A stretch of 64,000 nucleotides of DNA from Vulcanimicrobiota bacterium (GTDB lineage Bacteria > Vulcanimicrobiota > Vulcanimicrobiia > Vulcanimicrobiales > Vulcanimicrobiaceae). The stretch spans positions 19,094-83,093 of the forward strand of contig OY970223.1 in assembly GCA_963714015.1 (NCBI GenBank). The letters are read 5' to 3'. Both the position numbers and the translations under genes were made by a program. Numbering within the stretch: position 1 is the stretch's first letter; each line of letters starts with the position of its first letter. A model generated the notes under the pieces. It saw only the letters and a list, made by a program, of their open reading frames with translations. It was not told the DNA's origin and did not search any database. This document shows, in pieces, positions 39,766 through 49,737 of this stretch.

Positions 39766-42700
39766 ATCTGACTAAACTCTTCCTCGAGCGTCCCCCGCTC
39801 GTTTTCGTCTTGGTCTGCGTGATGATCGTGGCCGGCGCGATATCGCTGGCGACAATCGTCAAAGAACTCTTTCCGAACGTGTCTCAGCCCACGATCACGA
39901 TCTCCGCGAACTACAGCGGCGCCTCCGTCACCGAGATGCGCGACAACATCGTCGCGCCTATTGAAGAAAACCTTGCAGGCACGACGGATTTGCAGAACAT
40001 CAATTCCGTGGTGCAACAGGGACAGGCGCAGATTTCAGCGACCTTCACCATCACTTCCAGTGAGGCAACGGATCTTGCGCTGACGGAGAAGGCGGTGCAG
40101 GCCGCGGAGCGTCAGTTGCCCGCGAATATGCCGGCACCAACCGTCAACATTCGCGACCCTGCGGAAGAGACGGTCGTAACGCTGGCGATGTACTCGTCGA
40201 AGTTGACGCCGGGCGAGATGGCCCTGTACGCAAACAACGTCGTCGTCCCGCAGATCCAGCAGATTCCCGGTATTTCGTACGCCAGTGTGGGGGGCGCCGT
40301 CACGCCGGCATACGAGGTCGAGGTCGATCCCGCGAAACTCGCTGCGCGCAATCTCACGCTCAATGACGTCATCAACACGCTAAACGAGCAAAACAACCGC
40401 GTCCCCGGAGGTTACGCGTACCAGCCAGGACGCCAAACGATTATCGACGTGCGCGGCGACATTCAGACGATTCAGCAGGTCAAGGACCTGCCGATCATTG
40501 CGAGTTCCGGCGGGGCGGCGTCCAACGAAACCGCAGGTCAGGTGGAATCGTACACGGGCGGCCTCTCCAGCCTTCCCGGCGGTGTCAACGCGTGGACTGC
40601 CGGCAGCCAGGCAACGCGCATCGGCGACGTTGCGAACGTCATTGAAGGCAACGAGCCGCAGCTGCAGTATGCGCGAATCAACGGCCACCGCGGCTTCTTT
40701 CTTTCGGTCCAAAAGACGGCCGATGCGAGTGAAGTTGATGCTTCAAACAACTTCATGAAACAGCTGCCGCAGCTGGAGCGTGAGTTTCCGGCGATTCATT
40801 TTGAGATCGTCAACATTGCATCGCGCTTCACGCAGCAGCAGATGAACGCAGTCCTGCACACGCTGCTCGAAGCGATTTTCCTAACGGCACTCGCGATGCT
40901 TTTTTTTCTGCGCTCTTGGCGCAGTGCCATCGTCGTCTGCATCGCCATTCCGACTTCGCTTGCGATTGCGCTCACCGTCATGCGAATGACGGGTATGACA
41001 GTCGATACGATTTCCATGCTGGCAATGACCCTCGTGATCGGCATTTTGGTGGACGACTCCACGGTGGTCCTGGAAAACATCGAGCGTCACTTTCGCGACT
41101 TAAAGCAAAACCCAAAGGATGCCGCGTACGGAGGCCGCATGGAGATTGGCGCCGCAGCGGTCGTCATCACCCTCGTCGACGTGGTCGTGTTTCTTCCCAT
41201 AGCGTTCATGTCGGGACAAGTGGGGCGATTCTTGGTCGAGTTCGCGCTCATCATCGTCATCTCGACACTAACGTCCCTGTTCATCTCGTTCACCGTCACG
41301 CCCACGCTTGCCGGACTTTGGGCGCTGCAATCACATTGGAAGCCGTGGCGAATCGTCGATGCTTTCGGGCGCGGTTTCGACAAACTTCGTGACTGGTACG
41401 CGCATCGAGCCCTGCTTTGGGCGCTGGAGCATCGGACGGTCGTCCTCCTCGGCTGCATGCTCAGTTTCGTGCTTTCCATCGGGCTCGTCGGCACGGGCGT
41501 AGTGGGCGAAACGTTCATCCCTTCGGTCGATCGCGGCGAAATCTACATCCAATTGCAATATCCGGAAGGGACGCCGATCGCGGCCGTGCGGACCAGCGCG
41601 TACAAGCTCGAGGCGCTCATCGACAAGACTTTGGATCTGCAACATGAAACGACGGTCGCCGGTGCGTACTCGGCTTCGTTCGGCGGTTTCGTCGTTCAAC
41701 CGGACGTCGCGCAGATCCACGTGTTTCTGAATGACAATCGCAAGCACTCGACCTATTATTGGGTCGCGCAATTTCAACAAATGCTTCACCGGGTATTACC
41801 GAACGTCACGGGATCGGTGGTGCCGTCCAGCGGGACCGGCGGCGGCAACGCACAGCCTATCGATTTCCTGGTCTCCGATCTGACCGGCGGCGATCCGACG
41901 CCCTACGCGCAGCGCGCTTTGGCGCTGCTCAAATCGACGCCCGGCGCGACGAGCGTGAACAGCTCCGCTCAAGAGCTCGCGCCCGAAGTTTCCGTAATCT
42001 TCAACCGTCAAAAAGCAGAGGCGTTGGACGTCGATCTGGGGCAGGCGGCGAACGCGGCCGGTGCGGCGTTCGGCGGCGACGTCGCCACTCAGTTCGAAAC
42101 GGCGTCCGGCTTGGAGCAGGTACAGGTCATCTACCCGCAGTCGGACCAGACGAGCCTTACGACACTCTCCGCAATTCCCATACGCGCGAACAACGGGCAA
42201 ATCGTCCACCTCGGTGATATTGCGACATTTGCATTGACCCCGACGCCGCCGTTCATTACGCGAACGAACCGCAACACGGTCATCCACGTCGACGCGAACG
42301 TCGCGCCCGGCGACTCCCTCTCGAACGTGGAGAACGCCTTCGAGAAGCGGCTTCCGTCTCTGCACTTGCCCCCGAATGTCGTAGTCCGGCCCGCACCGAT
42401 GGGCCAGCAAGACTACATGCATCAGGTGTTGGTCGGAATGGGCATGTCGATGATCTTGTCGATCGTTCTCGTGTTTTTGCTGATGGTCGCCCTTTACAAC
42501 AGCTACAGCTCGCCTTTCATCATCATCTTCTCGGTTCCGGTCGCGGCCGTCGGAGCTATCGGCGCTCTGCTAATCACTCGTGAGACGTTGAATCTCTTTT
42601 CTCTCATCGGCACGATCTTGCTGATCGGCATCGCCACCAAGAACGGCATTCTGCTCGTGGATTATGCGAACACGCTGCGCGCTCGCGGCCGTAATAAGCT

Positions 42701-42986
42701 TGCGGCGATCAAGGAGAGCGCTTTCACGCGTTTCCGCCCCATCGTCATGACGAGCTGCTCGATCATCGCTGCCATGTTGCCGCTGGCGCTGGCGCTCGAA
42801 CCGGGAACGTCCAGTCACTCGAGCTTGGGTGTCGTCGTCATAGGCGGCGTCGCAAGCTCGCTCGTGCTGACGCTGCTGCTGATACCCGTCGTCTACATGT
42901 GGTTCGCGCCCGACAAGATCACCGTATCAAACGCGCCGGCCGGAACGGGAGAAGCATCGGCGCTCCCGGAGCCCACGACGGTATAA
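39762..42986 (+). CDS. RND efflux transporter permease (AcrB/AcrD/AcrF family)
   Basis: 1074 aa, 12-TM architecture with two large periplasmic loops. Typical N-terminus MNLTKLFLERPPLVFVLV. Confidence 0.9.
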   Translation: MNLTKLFLERPPLVFVLVCVMIVAGAISLATIVKELFPNVSQPTITISANYSGASVTEMRDNIVAPIEENLAGTTDLQNINSVVQQGQAQISATFTITSSEATDLALTEKAVQAAERQLPANMPAPTVNIRDPAEETVVTLAMYSSKLTPGEMALYANNVVVPQIQQIPGISYASVGGAVTPAYEVEVDPAKLAARNLTLNDVINTLNEQNNRVPGGYAYQPGRQTIIDVRGDIQTIQQVKDLPIIASSGGAASNETAGQVESYTGGLSSLPGGVNAWTAGSQATRIGDVANVIEGNEPQLQYARINGHRGFFLSVQKTADASEVDASNNFMKQLPQLEREFPAIHFEIVNIASRFTQQQMNAVLHTLLEAIFLTALAMLFFLRSWRSAIVVCIAIPTSLAIALTVMRMTGMTVDTISMLAMTLVIGILVDDSTVVLENIERHFRDLKQNPKDAAYGGRMEIGAAAVVITLVDVVVFLPIAFMSGQVGRFLVEFALIIVISTLTSLFISFTVTPTLAGLWALQSHWKPWRIVDAFGRGFDKLRDWYAHRALLWALEHRTVVLLGCMLSFVLSIGLVGTGVVGETFIPSVDRGEIYIQLQYPEGTPIAAVRTSAYKLEALIDKTLDLQHETTVAGAYSASFGGFVVQPDVAQIHVFLNDNRKHSTYYWVAQFQQMLHRVLPNVTGSVVPSSGTGGGNAQPIDFLVSDLTGGDPTPYAQRALALLKSTPGATSVNSSAQELAPEVSVIFNRQKAEALDVDLGQAANAAGAAFGGDVATQFETASGLEQVQVIYPQSDQTSLTTLSAIPIRANNGQIVHLGDIATFALTPTPPFITRTNRNTVIHVDANVAPGDSLSNVENAFEKRLPSLHLPPNVVVRPAPMGQQDYMHQVLVGMGMSMILSIVLVFLLMVALYNSYSSPFIIIFSVPVAAVGAIGALLITRETLNLFSLIGTILLIGIATKNGILLVDYANTLRARGRNKLAAIKESAFTRFRPIVMTSCSIIAAMLPLALALEPGTSSHSSLGVVVIGGVASSLVLTLLLIPVVYMWFAPDKITVSNAPAGTGEASALPEPTTV

Positions 42987-43006
42987 AGCTACGGATCGCT
43001 CCGACT

Positions 43007-43648
43007 TCACCGAAGCCTCTGTCGATTTTCGGGTTGCTCGATCGTCGCTAACGCTGCTTTCACCAGCGCCGCAGCTGCCCAAACGACAACGTCCTCTTGT
43101 TCTCGCGACGTTAGCCCTCGAACGTCGGCCAAAACGATCATCGCTTCCCATCCCAGAAAAACGGATAAAGCAGAAACGAGCCGTTCGTATTCTTTCTTTT
43201 TCAGCCGGCCCCGAAGCGGCGCCAGTGCATTCTCTATCCATTCGGTGCGGCGATAACCTCTGAGGGGAGTTGATCGCTTGGCGTTCGGCGCTTCAACGGT
43301 AAGGCGAATCAACGTGCGGCCCAGTCGAAGCGTTTCGGCGGATCCCTTTATCAAACTACGCGCGAGTGTTTCGACGCGCGTCTGAGCATCGCCGGATTGC
43401 TCGATGGCGATCGGCACAGCGCGAGTGGACGAAAGCGTTCCGAGCGTTGCGTCGATGAGGAGCTGCTCGATCGTCGGGAAGTACATGTAAACGGTGCGGC
43501 GCGACACGCCCGCAGCCGCGGCGATCTCATTGACCGAAGGCGCCTGCCCCGCCTCGAGCAAGCGCGCCGCCGCCGAAAGAATCGCTTTGCGCGTTCGACC
43601 GCGCTGAGCCGGGCGGCCCTCTTGACTGTCGCTACCCTCGTGTGCCAT
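43007..43648 (-). CDS. TetR family transcriptional regulator
   Basis: Start MAHEGSDSQEG at 43648. HTH GRTRKAILSAAARLLEAGQAPSVNEIAAAAGVSRRTVYMYF. Confidence 0.85.
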   Translation of the reverse strand: MAHEGSDSQEGRPAQRGRTRKAILSAAARLLEAGQAPSVNEIAAAAGVSRRTVYMYFPTIEQLLIDATLGTLSSTRAVPIAIEQSGDAQTRVETLARSLIKGSAETLRLGRTLIRLTVEAPNAKRSTPLRGYRRTEWIENALAPLRGRLKKKEYERLVSALSVFLGWEAMIVLADVRGLTSREQEDVVVWAAAALVKAALATIEQPENRQRLR

Positions 43649-43650
43649 AT

Positions 43651-43684
43651 TATTGCAATCTCGTAATTGCACAGGTATGCAATT
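43651..43684. promoter_or_regulatory. putative TetR operator in the divergent TetR/ABM intergenic region
   Basis: Perfect inverted repeat AATTGCA-caggta-TGCAATT (43665-43684) plus the adjacent palindrome ATTGCAAT (43652-43659). Confidence 0.55.
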
Positions 43685-43706
43685 TGTCCTCGAAGGAGGC
43701 AGAACG

Positions 43707-44031
43707 TTGATCACACTCATCAATTGCTTCGAGGTCGCCGAGGGCCGGGAGGACGCGTTCCTTGCTCTGTGGACCGAAGTGAACCATTACATGCGAAAAA
43801 AGCCTGGTTATCTTCGTCACCGGCTTCACCGCGCCGTTTCGCCACAAGCGCCTTACCGCTTCGTCAACATCGCGGATTGGGAGTCGGCCGAACAATTTGA
43901 AGCTGCGCATGACGAGCAATTTCGCAATTTGGTCGCAAAGCTGGAATGGCGCGAATTCCGCTCGACCCCGCAGACTCTTTCAGGTGGAAGACGAGTTCAG
44001 TCGAACGTTCGGCACCGCTCCAACCCGTTAA
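43707..44031 (+). CDS. antibiotic-biosynthesis-monooxygenase (ABM) domain protein, probable 1-nt insertion at 43974
   Basis: GAAGGAGG RBS, TTG at 43707, ITLINCFEVAEGREDAFLALWTEVNHYMRKKPGYLRHRLHRAVSPQAPYRFVNIADWESAEQFEAAH. As written the ORF runs to 44078. Removing a43974 gives ...STPQLFQVEDEFSRTFGTAPTR* ending at 44031. Confidence 0.6.
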
Positions 44032-44135
44032 AATTGCACGCCGGCACATTGTACGTTCTATTACAGATTCGCGCTTGATTCGGAGGAAATCGCGCGTTTC
44101 AGCGGATTCTTGTGCACCGGCGAGAAGCATCGCAC

Positions 44136-46883
44136 ATGGGTCCGTTGAGCAGTACGGTAACGTTCCTTTTTTCCGACATCGAGGGCAGCACGCGACGTTG
44201 GGAAGCCTATCCCGATGCGATGGCGCTTGCTTTGGCTCGCCACGATGTATTGATGCGGGATGCAATCGAGAAGCGCGGCGGCCACGTCTTCAAGACGGTT
44301 GGCGATGCATTCTGCGCTGCCTTTTCGCGCGCCGGCGATGCGGTTCACGCCGCTCTCGTGGCGCAACGCGATCTATCGAATGACGACTTCTCCTCGGTCG
44401 GCGACATTCGCGTTCGAATGGCGCTCCATACGGGCGCGGCACACGAACGCGATCGTGATTACTTCGGACCGGCGGTAAACCGCGTCGCGCGCCTGTTGTC
44501 GATCGGCCACGGCGGACAAGTCTTATTATCGTCGTCAACAGTCGACTTGCTGAATGGCTCGTTGCCTGACGGAATCTCACTGCAGGAGCTCGGCGCACAT
44601 CGTTTACCGGATCTCGGCCAGCCGGAGCTCGTCTACCAACTCGTGGCGCCGGATTTGCCCGAAACCTTCCCGGCGCTCAAATCATTGGGCGGTAAGCCGA
44701 ACAATCTTCCGCGTCAACTCACATCGTTCGTCGGACGCGACGATGAATTACACGATATCAAGCAGCTGTCCGCGCGGTCACCGCTGCTGACGCTCGTCGG
44801 TACCGGCGGTTCGGGAAAAACGCGCTGCGGCATTCAGGCAGGGGCCGAACTTCTCGACGAGATGCGCGACGGTGTCTGGATAGCCGAACTGGCGCCATTG
44901 ACGGATGCGACGATGGTTTCGAGCGCAATCGCCGCGGCCCTCGGCGTTCGCGAGTCGCCAAATCAACCGCCGCTGCAGACGCTCACGCAATACTTGCAGC
45001 GAAAACAGCTGTTGCTGCTGCTCGACAATTGCGAGCACCTCATTGACGAGGCGCGAGTCATCGCTTCAACTATTCTGCGCGATTGTCCCGGCGTACGAAT
45101 GGTGGCGACCAGCCGCGAAGCGCTGAACGTCGCGGGTGAACGGGTCTATCGCATGCCCTCGCTCGGCTCGGCATCGGCTACGCAGCTGTTTATCGATCGT
45201 GCAGCCGCTCGCGATTCGCAATTTTCGCCGAACGAAAAGCAGCTGCCGTGCATTGCAGAAATCTGCCGGCGCCTCGACGGCTTGCCGCTTGCTATAGAAC
45301 TCGCCGCCGCTCGCATCAATATTCTGACTCCGGAGCAACTCGTAAAGAAACTGGACGAACGCTTTCGCGTACTGACGGGGGGAGATCGGAGCGCGCTGCC
45401 CCGTCATCAGACCATGCGCGCCGTAATCGATTGGAGCTACGAACTGCTCTCCGCGGAAGAACGTGCGGCGTTTCGCAAGCTCTCGGTTTTCGCCGGCACC
45501 TTCAATCTGAAGGCCGCGAGCGCAGTCTGCGGCGACGCGGATTTCGACGAAGTTGCCGTCCTTGACGCCGTCGGATCTCTGGTAGAAAAGTCGTTGGTGC
45601 AGGTCGTCGAGGGCGCCGGCGAAGTGCGCTACCATCTTTTGGAATCGACGCGGGAATATGCGCGTGAGAAGCTCCTCGCTTGCGGTGAATATGAAAGCGC
45701 CGCAGCGGCACATGCAGCGGCGTTTCTCGCACGCGCCTCGGAGTATGAATACCTTTTCGATACTTCCCCTACGACGTCATGGTACGCCGCGGCGAAAGAT
45801 GACCTCGACAATTGGCGCGCTGCATTGGAGTTTACGTTGGTAAACGGCAACGACGTGCTGATGGGGCAACGCCTGGCGGGTACGCTTCGACCGGTGTGGC
45901 TCGTGCATGGCGCCGTCGAAGGCGGCCGGTGGGCGGCTGCCGCAGTCGCTAAAATTTCCGGCGAGACGCGCGGTGAAATTGCCGCCAAACTCTTTTTCTG
46001 CCAAGCGAGTTTGGAGTACAAGTCGCAGCGCTACGATGTGGCGCGGGTTTCGGCGGAGTTGGCGATCGAAGCGTATCGCCCGCTCGGAGACGACCTCAGA
46101 CTGGCGTGGGCTCAAAACTGCGCGGCGTCCGCAACAATGTATACATCGCCGGCTCGTGCAGTAGAACTTGCACGTGCCGCAATTGAAACCGCAGGCGATG
46201 CCGCTCCGAAGCACATGAAGGGACAGTTTAGGCAGAGCCTCGGCATTGCATTGCAAGTACAAGGCGATGCGGCCTCGGCACGACGCGAGTATGAAGAGGC
46301 ACGCGCCCTGTACGACGAAGCGGGATGGGAACGCAAATCCGCAACTCTCGCCGCTTCCCTCGCAGAACTGGAATTCTTTGAGGGGCGCATCGATAAGGCG
46401 CTGGAATTCGCAAACGAATCCGTGGAAGGCTTTCTCAGATTCGACGCACACTTCGATTCCGCGCTGGCGTCGTCAAATTTGTCGGCGTACCTCGTGGCGC
46501 TCGACGACTACGAAGCCGCTTTGGCAGTTGCCTGGAAAGCAATTGGAGTTCTGCGCGACCTTCAGGCGGCATTACCGATTGTGTTCGCGCTGCAGCACGT
46601 CGCAGCTGCGGCAGCGCTGATGCACCGGAATTCGAGCGACGCGACTGCAAGCGCACAGGCGGCGCGGCTCCTGGGGTTTGTGGATGCGCAATTTTCCGCT
46701 CATGACATCGCTCGCCAATATACCGAACAGCAAGAATATGAAAGAGCCTTGCATGCGCTAAACGATTCTCTAGACGAAAAGGCGGTGGCCGCAGCCATGA
46801 GCGACGGAAGGACATGGAATCTGGAGAGCGCACTGAACACGGCGGAACAGTGGCTTTTGTGGTCGGCGCCGTCAAGGACGTAG
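44136..46883 (+). CDS. class III adenylate/guanylate cyclase - NB-ARC/AAA (STAND) ATPase - TPR protein
   Basis: VTFLFSDIEGSTRRWE...FKTVGDAFCAAF (cyclase), Walker A GTGGSGKT, and a long helical-repeat C-terminus. No HTH was seen. Confidence 0.85.
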   Translation: MGPLSSTVTFLFSDIEGSTRRWEAYPDAMALALARHDVLMRDAIEKRGGHVFKTVGDAFCAAFSRAGDAVHAALVAQRDLSNDDFSSVGDIRVRMALHTGAAHERDRDYFGPAVNRVARLLSIGHGGQVLLSSSTVDLLNGSLPDGISLQELGAHRLPDLGQPELVYQLVAPDLPETFPALKSLGGKPNNLPRQLTSFVGRDDELHDIKQLSARSPLLTLVGTGGSGKTRCGIQAGAELLDEMRDGVWIAELAPLTDATMVSSAIAAALGVRESPNQPPLQTLTQYLQRKQLLLLLDNCEHLIDEARVIASTILRDCPGVRMVATSREALNVAGERVYRMPSLGSASATQLFIDRAAARDSQFSPNEKQLPCIAEICRRLDGLPLAIELAAARINILTPEQLVKKLDERFRVLTGGDRSALPRHQTMRAVIDWSYELLSAEERAAFRKLSVFAGTFNLKAASAVCGDADFDEVAVLDAVGSLVEKSLVQVVEGAGEVRYHLLESTREYAREKLLACGEYESAAAAHAAAFLARASEYEYLFDTSPTTSWYAAAKDDLDNWRAALEFTLVNGNDVLMGQRLAGTLRPVWLVHGAVEGGRWAAAAVAKISGETRGEIAAKLFFCQASLEYKSQRYDVARVSAELAIEAYRPLGDDLRLAWAQNCAASATMYTSPARAVELARAAIETAGDAAPKHMKGQFRQSLGIALQVQGDAASARREYEEARALYDEAGWERKSATLAASLAELEFFEGRIDKALEFANESVEGFLRFDAHFDSALASSNLSAYLVALDDYEAALAVAWKAIGVLRDLQAALPIVFALQHVAAAAALMHRNSSDATASAQAARLLGFVDAQFSAHDIARQYTEQQEYERALHALNDSLDEKAVAAAMSDGRTWNLESALNTAEQWLLWSAPSRT

Positions 46884-46885
46884 TG

Positions 46886-47053
46886 ATGTCAAGTCAAACT
46901 ACTACCATCCTGTACATAGTGCTGATGGGAGCCGTTGTCGTCGCGGTCGACATTCTATTTTTCCGGAATCATTTCTGGGAACGGCTGATTGTGAATATAG
47001 GAATCGTTTTGGTATTCGCAGCCTTTTATCTGCGGTTCCTGAAACGTCCATAA
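46886..47053 (+). CDS. 55-aa two-TM membrane protein
   Basis: ATG 2 nt after the cyclase-STAND stop. MSSQTTTILYIVLMGAVVVAVDILFFRNHFWERLIVNIGIVLVFAAFYLRFLKRP. Confidence 0.55.
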   Translation: MSSQTTTILYIVLMGAVVVAVDILFFRNHFWERLIVNIGIVLVFAAFYLRFLKRP

Positions 47054-47114
47054 TTCTTTATCCGGCCCATCCGATGAGACACGACGGAGAATGGCCTGTG
47101 CGGCTAGGCGCCTG

Positions 47115-47753
47115 TTAAGGTTGCCTCGGCGGCGTTTCCCATTTCTGCCGGAAGATCGTTTCGCGTAAGTCCGACAAGAGAGCGAAGAACGCTTTGCCTT
47201 GAGCGTCGTCAAGATTGAGTTCTTGTGAGGACGTGACGGAACTAAGCGTTGTGGTTACGCCGCAACGGCTGACTGTAACCGAGTCTTCGGGTCCGTCGAG
47301 ATACAACGATGCTGCCGGCCGCAGCCGCATTGCAAAAGAGCGGTCTCTTTCTAGTGCCTGCACGACGTTCTTGAACGAATCGAGTGGTTTCGTGGAAACA
47401 AACGACCCTATGATCCCAACCGCGCGATGTGCATTTAACGATACGTTGGCATGGTGCCCGGCGATGTAATACGCCGCCTCATACGTGTACCATGGGTGCT
47501 GCTGACCGACCAATGCGTACTGAGAGACTTTGATATATGTAATATCTTCATAGGCCGGCGGGGCAGCCGTATCACAAGACGCGCGCGCCGCTAACGGACA
47601 GACCACGATAGCTGCTGCAATGAAAAGGCAGCGTACTTGACAAAAACGTGCAGATCCGCGCACGGCGTGACGGCAGCACGTAAGATAACGGGAACGGCTG
47701 CGGCCTGCGTAATTCTTGCCGATTGAGTGTCGGAGCTTCGAGCGGCATTTCAT
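47115..47753 (-). CDS. hypothetical exported protein
   Basis: 212-aa ORF. The ATG at 47753 forms an ATGA overlap with the stop of the upstream TetR gene. Has a hydrophobic segment FIAAAIVVCPLAARASC. No family recognised. Confidence 0.45.
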   Translation of the reverse strand: MKCRSKLRHSIGKNYAGRSRSRYLTCCRHAVRGSARFCQVRCLFIAAAIVVCPLAARASCDTAAPPAYEDITYIKVSQYALVGQQHPWYTYEAAYYIAGHHANVSLNAHRAVGIIGSFVSTKPLDSFKNVVQALERDRSFAMRLRPAASLYLDGPEDSVTVSRCGVTTTLSSVTSSQELNLDDAQGKAFFALLSDLRETIFRQKWETPPRQP

Positions 47754-48370
47754 TCGATATTCGCTGCCGCTGCAATCAGTGCATGGGACGCGGCGAGCAG
47801 GACAGGCACGGCTTCCTCGGCGGCAATCACCTGCGAGCTGACAAAGGCGCCATTTATCAGCAGCAGCAATTGTGCGGCGAGATGGTCGGGACGGCGCACG
47901 CCCAACCGATCCGCAATTCCTTTTAGCCTGCTACGAAGTTCTTGCTTGTGAGAAACAGCGACGACGCGTGCGGGATGATCTCCCTCCGGAAACTCCGCAG
48001 CCATATTCAACTGCGGACAGCCCCGATAGTTTTTCCGGGCGACGCGCTCTCCAATCCATTGCATGTGCGCGTCGAGTTCAGCATGTGCGTCGGAGCGATG
48101 GCGCTCGGCGACGTTATCCCATTGCTGCCAAAACTGTTCGTCTTCTCGCTCGAGAAAAGCCGCGATCAGATCGTCCTTGGTTCGGAAATGCCGATAAAGG
48201 CTTGTCTTGGCTACGCCGGCTCGCTCGACGACGAGGTCCACGCCCACGGCGCGAGCGCCCTCACGGTAAAACAGTTCCGACGCCGTTCTCAGGATGCGCT
48301 CCCTTACCTGGTCGGCCACGCCCGCTTCGGGCTCGTGGACCTTCCTTATACGACTTGCCATGCTTGACAT
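47750..48370 (-). CDS. TetR family transcriptional regulator
   Basis: RILRTASELFYREGARAVGVDLVVERAGVAKTSLYRHF helix-turn-helix. Confidence 0.85.
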   Translation of the reverse strand: MSSMASRIRKVHEPEAGVADQVRERILRTASELFYREGARAVGVDLVVERAGVAKTSLYRHFRTKDDLIAAFLEREDEQFWQQWDNVAERHRSDAHAELDAHMQWIGERVARKNYRGCPQLNMAAEFPEGDHPARVVAVSHKQELRSRLKGIADRLGVRRPDHLAAQLLLLINGAFVSSQVIAAEEAVPVLLAASHALIAAAANIE

Positions 48371-48393
48371 AATACAGACCTGTCTGTTTTAAT
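48364..48393 (+). promoter_or_regulatory. promoter with an embedded palindromic operator upstream of 48430
   Basis: TTGACA (48364-48369), about 18-nt spacer, TTTAAT (48388-48393). The spacer contains the perfect palindrome ACAGAC-CT-GTCTGT (48374-48387). A second GTCTGT is at about 48410-48415. Confidence 0.5.
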
Positions 48394-48429
48394 GCAACAA
48401 TACGTACCGGTCTGTACTGGAGAGCATCT

Positions 48430-49458
48430 ATGAAAATCGCGGTCTATGGAGCATCGGGCCACACGGCGCGCTTCGTCCTGGCGGAGTTGCTCCGGCGCGG
48501 CCACACGCCCATCGCAATCGGAAGGGACGAATCTAAAGTGACCGCGGCGGTTGCCACTCACGATGTGAAGATAGAGACCAGGATTGCCGGTCTCGACTCA
48601 GCGGAATCACTCGATCGCGCGCTGTGGGGCGTCGATGCGGTCATCCACTGCGCAGGCCCCTTTCTCGATACGGCTCGGCCGGTTATAGAAGCCGCTCTGC
48701 GCAGCCGAGTGCATTACTTCGATCTCACTGCGGAACAGGGGAGTGCTTCTTCGACGTTCGAGCTCTTCGATGCGCCGGCACGCAAGCGCGGCGTTTTCGT
48801 GGTTCCCGCGGCCGGGTTTTATGGCGGCCTGGGCGATCTCTTGGCGACCCACGCGATGAGCGGCTGGGCACGGGCAGACCGGATCGACATTGCCATCGCG
48901 CTCGACAGCTGGTGGCCCACACGCGGCACTCGCCACACTGGGCACAGAAATACCGCACCGCGACTCATTGTTTCGGATGGGAACCTTCAACAAATGCAGC
49001 CGTCTACGCCTGCGCCATGGAGTTTTCCTCAACCATTCGGAACGCAACAGGTCATCGAGCTGCCGTTCACCGAGACGATCCTTATGGCGCGCCACTTGCA
49101 TGTACGCGAGATTCGCAACTACATGAATCAAGCTCCCCTTCGCGACCTTCGGGATCCCTCAACGCCTGCACCCGTCGCAGCGGATGAGCGTGGCCGCTCG
49201 AACCAACGCTTTCTTATCGACGTCACGGTTCGGAATGCCGACGAAGAGCACCGCGTTACGGCGCAAGGGCGCGACATTTACGCCATCACGGCTCCAATCG
49301 TAGTCGAGGCCGTCGAGCGCATTTGTGAAAATCCGCACCAGAGTGCGGGGGCTTACGCACTTGGTCAACTCGTTGACGCATCCGAGTTCATTCAAACGTT
49401 GATACGCATGGAAGAACTGGTCGTTGCGACGGATCGCAAAACGAAGGTCTCCTCTTGA
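48430..49458 (+). CDS. saccharopine-dehydrogenase-like NAD(P)-binding protein
   Basis: MKIAVYGASGHTARFVLAELLRRGHTPIAIGRD Rossmann N-terminus, 342 aa. Confidence 0.7.
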   Translation: MKIAVYGASGHTARFVLAELLRRGHTPIAIGRDESKVTAAVATHDVKIETRIAGLDSAESLDRALWGVDAVIHCAGPFLDTARPVIEAALRSRVHYFDLTAEQGSASSTFELFDAPARKRGVFVVPAAGFYGGLGDLLATHAMSGWARADRIDIAIALDSWWPTRGTRHTGHRNTAPRLIVSDGNLQQMQPSTPAPWSFPQPFGTQQVIELPFTETILMARHLHVREIRNYMNQAPLRDLRDPSTPAPVAADERGRSNQRFLIDVTVRNADEEHRVTAQGRDIYAITAPIVVEAVERICENPHQSAGAYALGQLVDASEFIQTLIRMEELVVATDRKTKVSS

Positions 49459-49737
49459 CCGAGCATGATGGTTCACAAGTCAGGCCGGCTCGCAAATCAT
49501 CGCTATTAGCGGGGTGCGGAATTAACCGGCTTCGTCATCTCTGGTCCCAAGTGCGATCGCATGCACTATCTGCCGGAAAAGATCGAAGCGCTCGCACTTC
49601 TCCCGTATCGCGCCGCAGCGCATACGCGCTGCTTACGTTGACGTCACCATTACAGACGCTGCCAAGCGCGTAAATATTTGCCTCTTCGCAAGATTTGGTC
49701 GTGCAGGACGTTTGCGTAAGGCCGCTAAGAGCGTCTT

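Noticed and set aside
46099-46106. TCAGACTG inside the cyclase-STAND gene, and GAGTCTC at about 58012-58018, as further AG-N-CT lesions.
   Set aside because: Both are in frame within uninterrupted long ORFs (..GDDLRLAWAQ.. and ..PSFGVSWLA..). They are natural sequence and show that the heptamer alone does not indicate a lesion.
44136-47053. Calling the cyclase-STAND plus small TM pair a Pycsar/CBASS-like defence system.
   Set aside because: The small protein has no cyclic-nucleotide-binding or other effector domain, and cyclase-NB-ARC-TPR proteins are common regulatory proteins. It is kept only as a low-confidence hypothesis in the findings.
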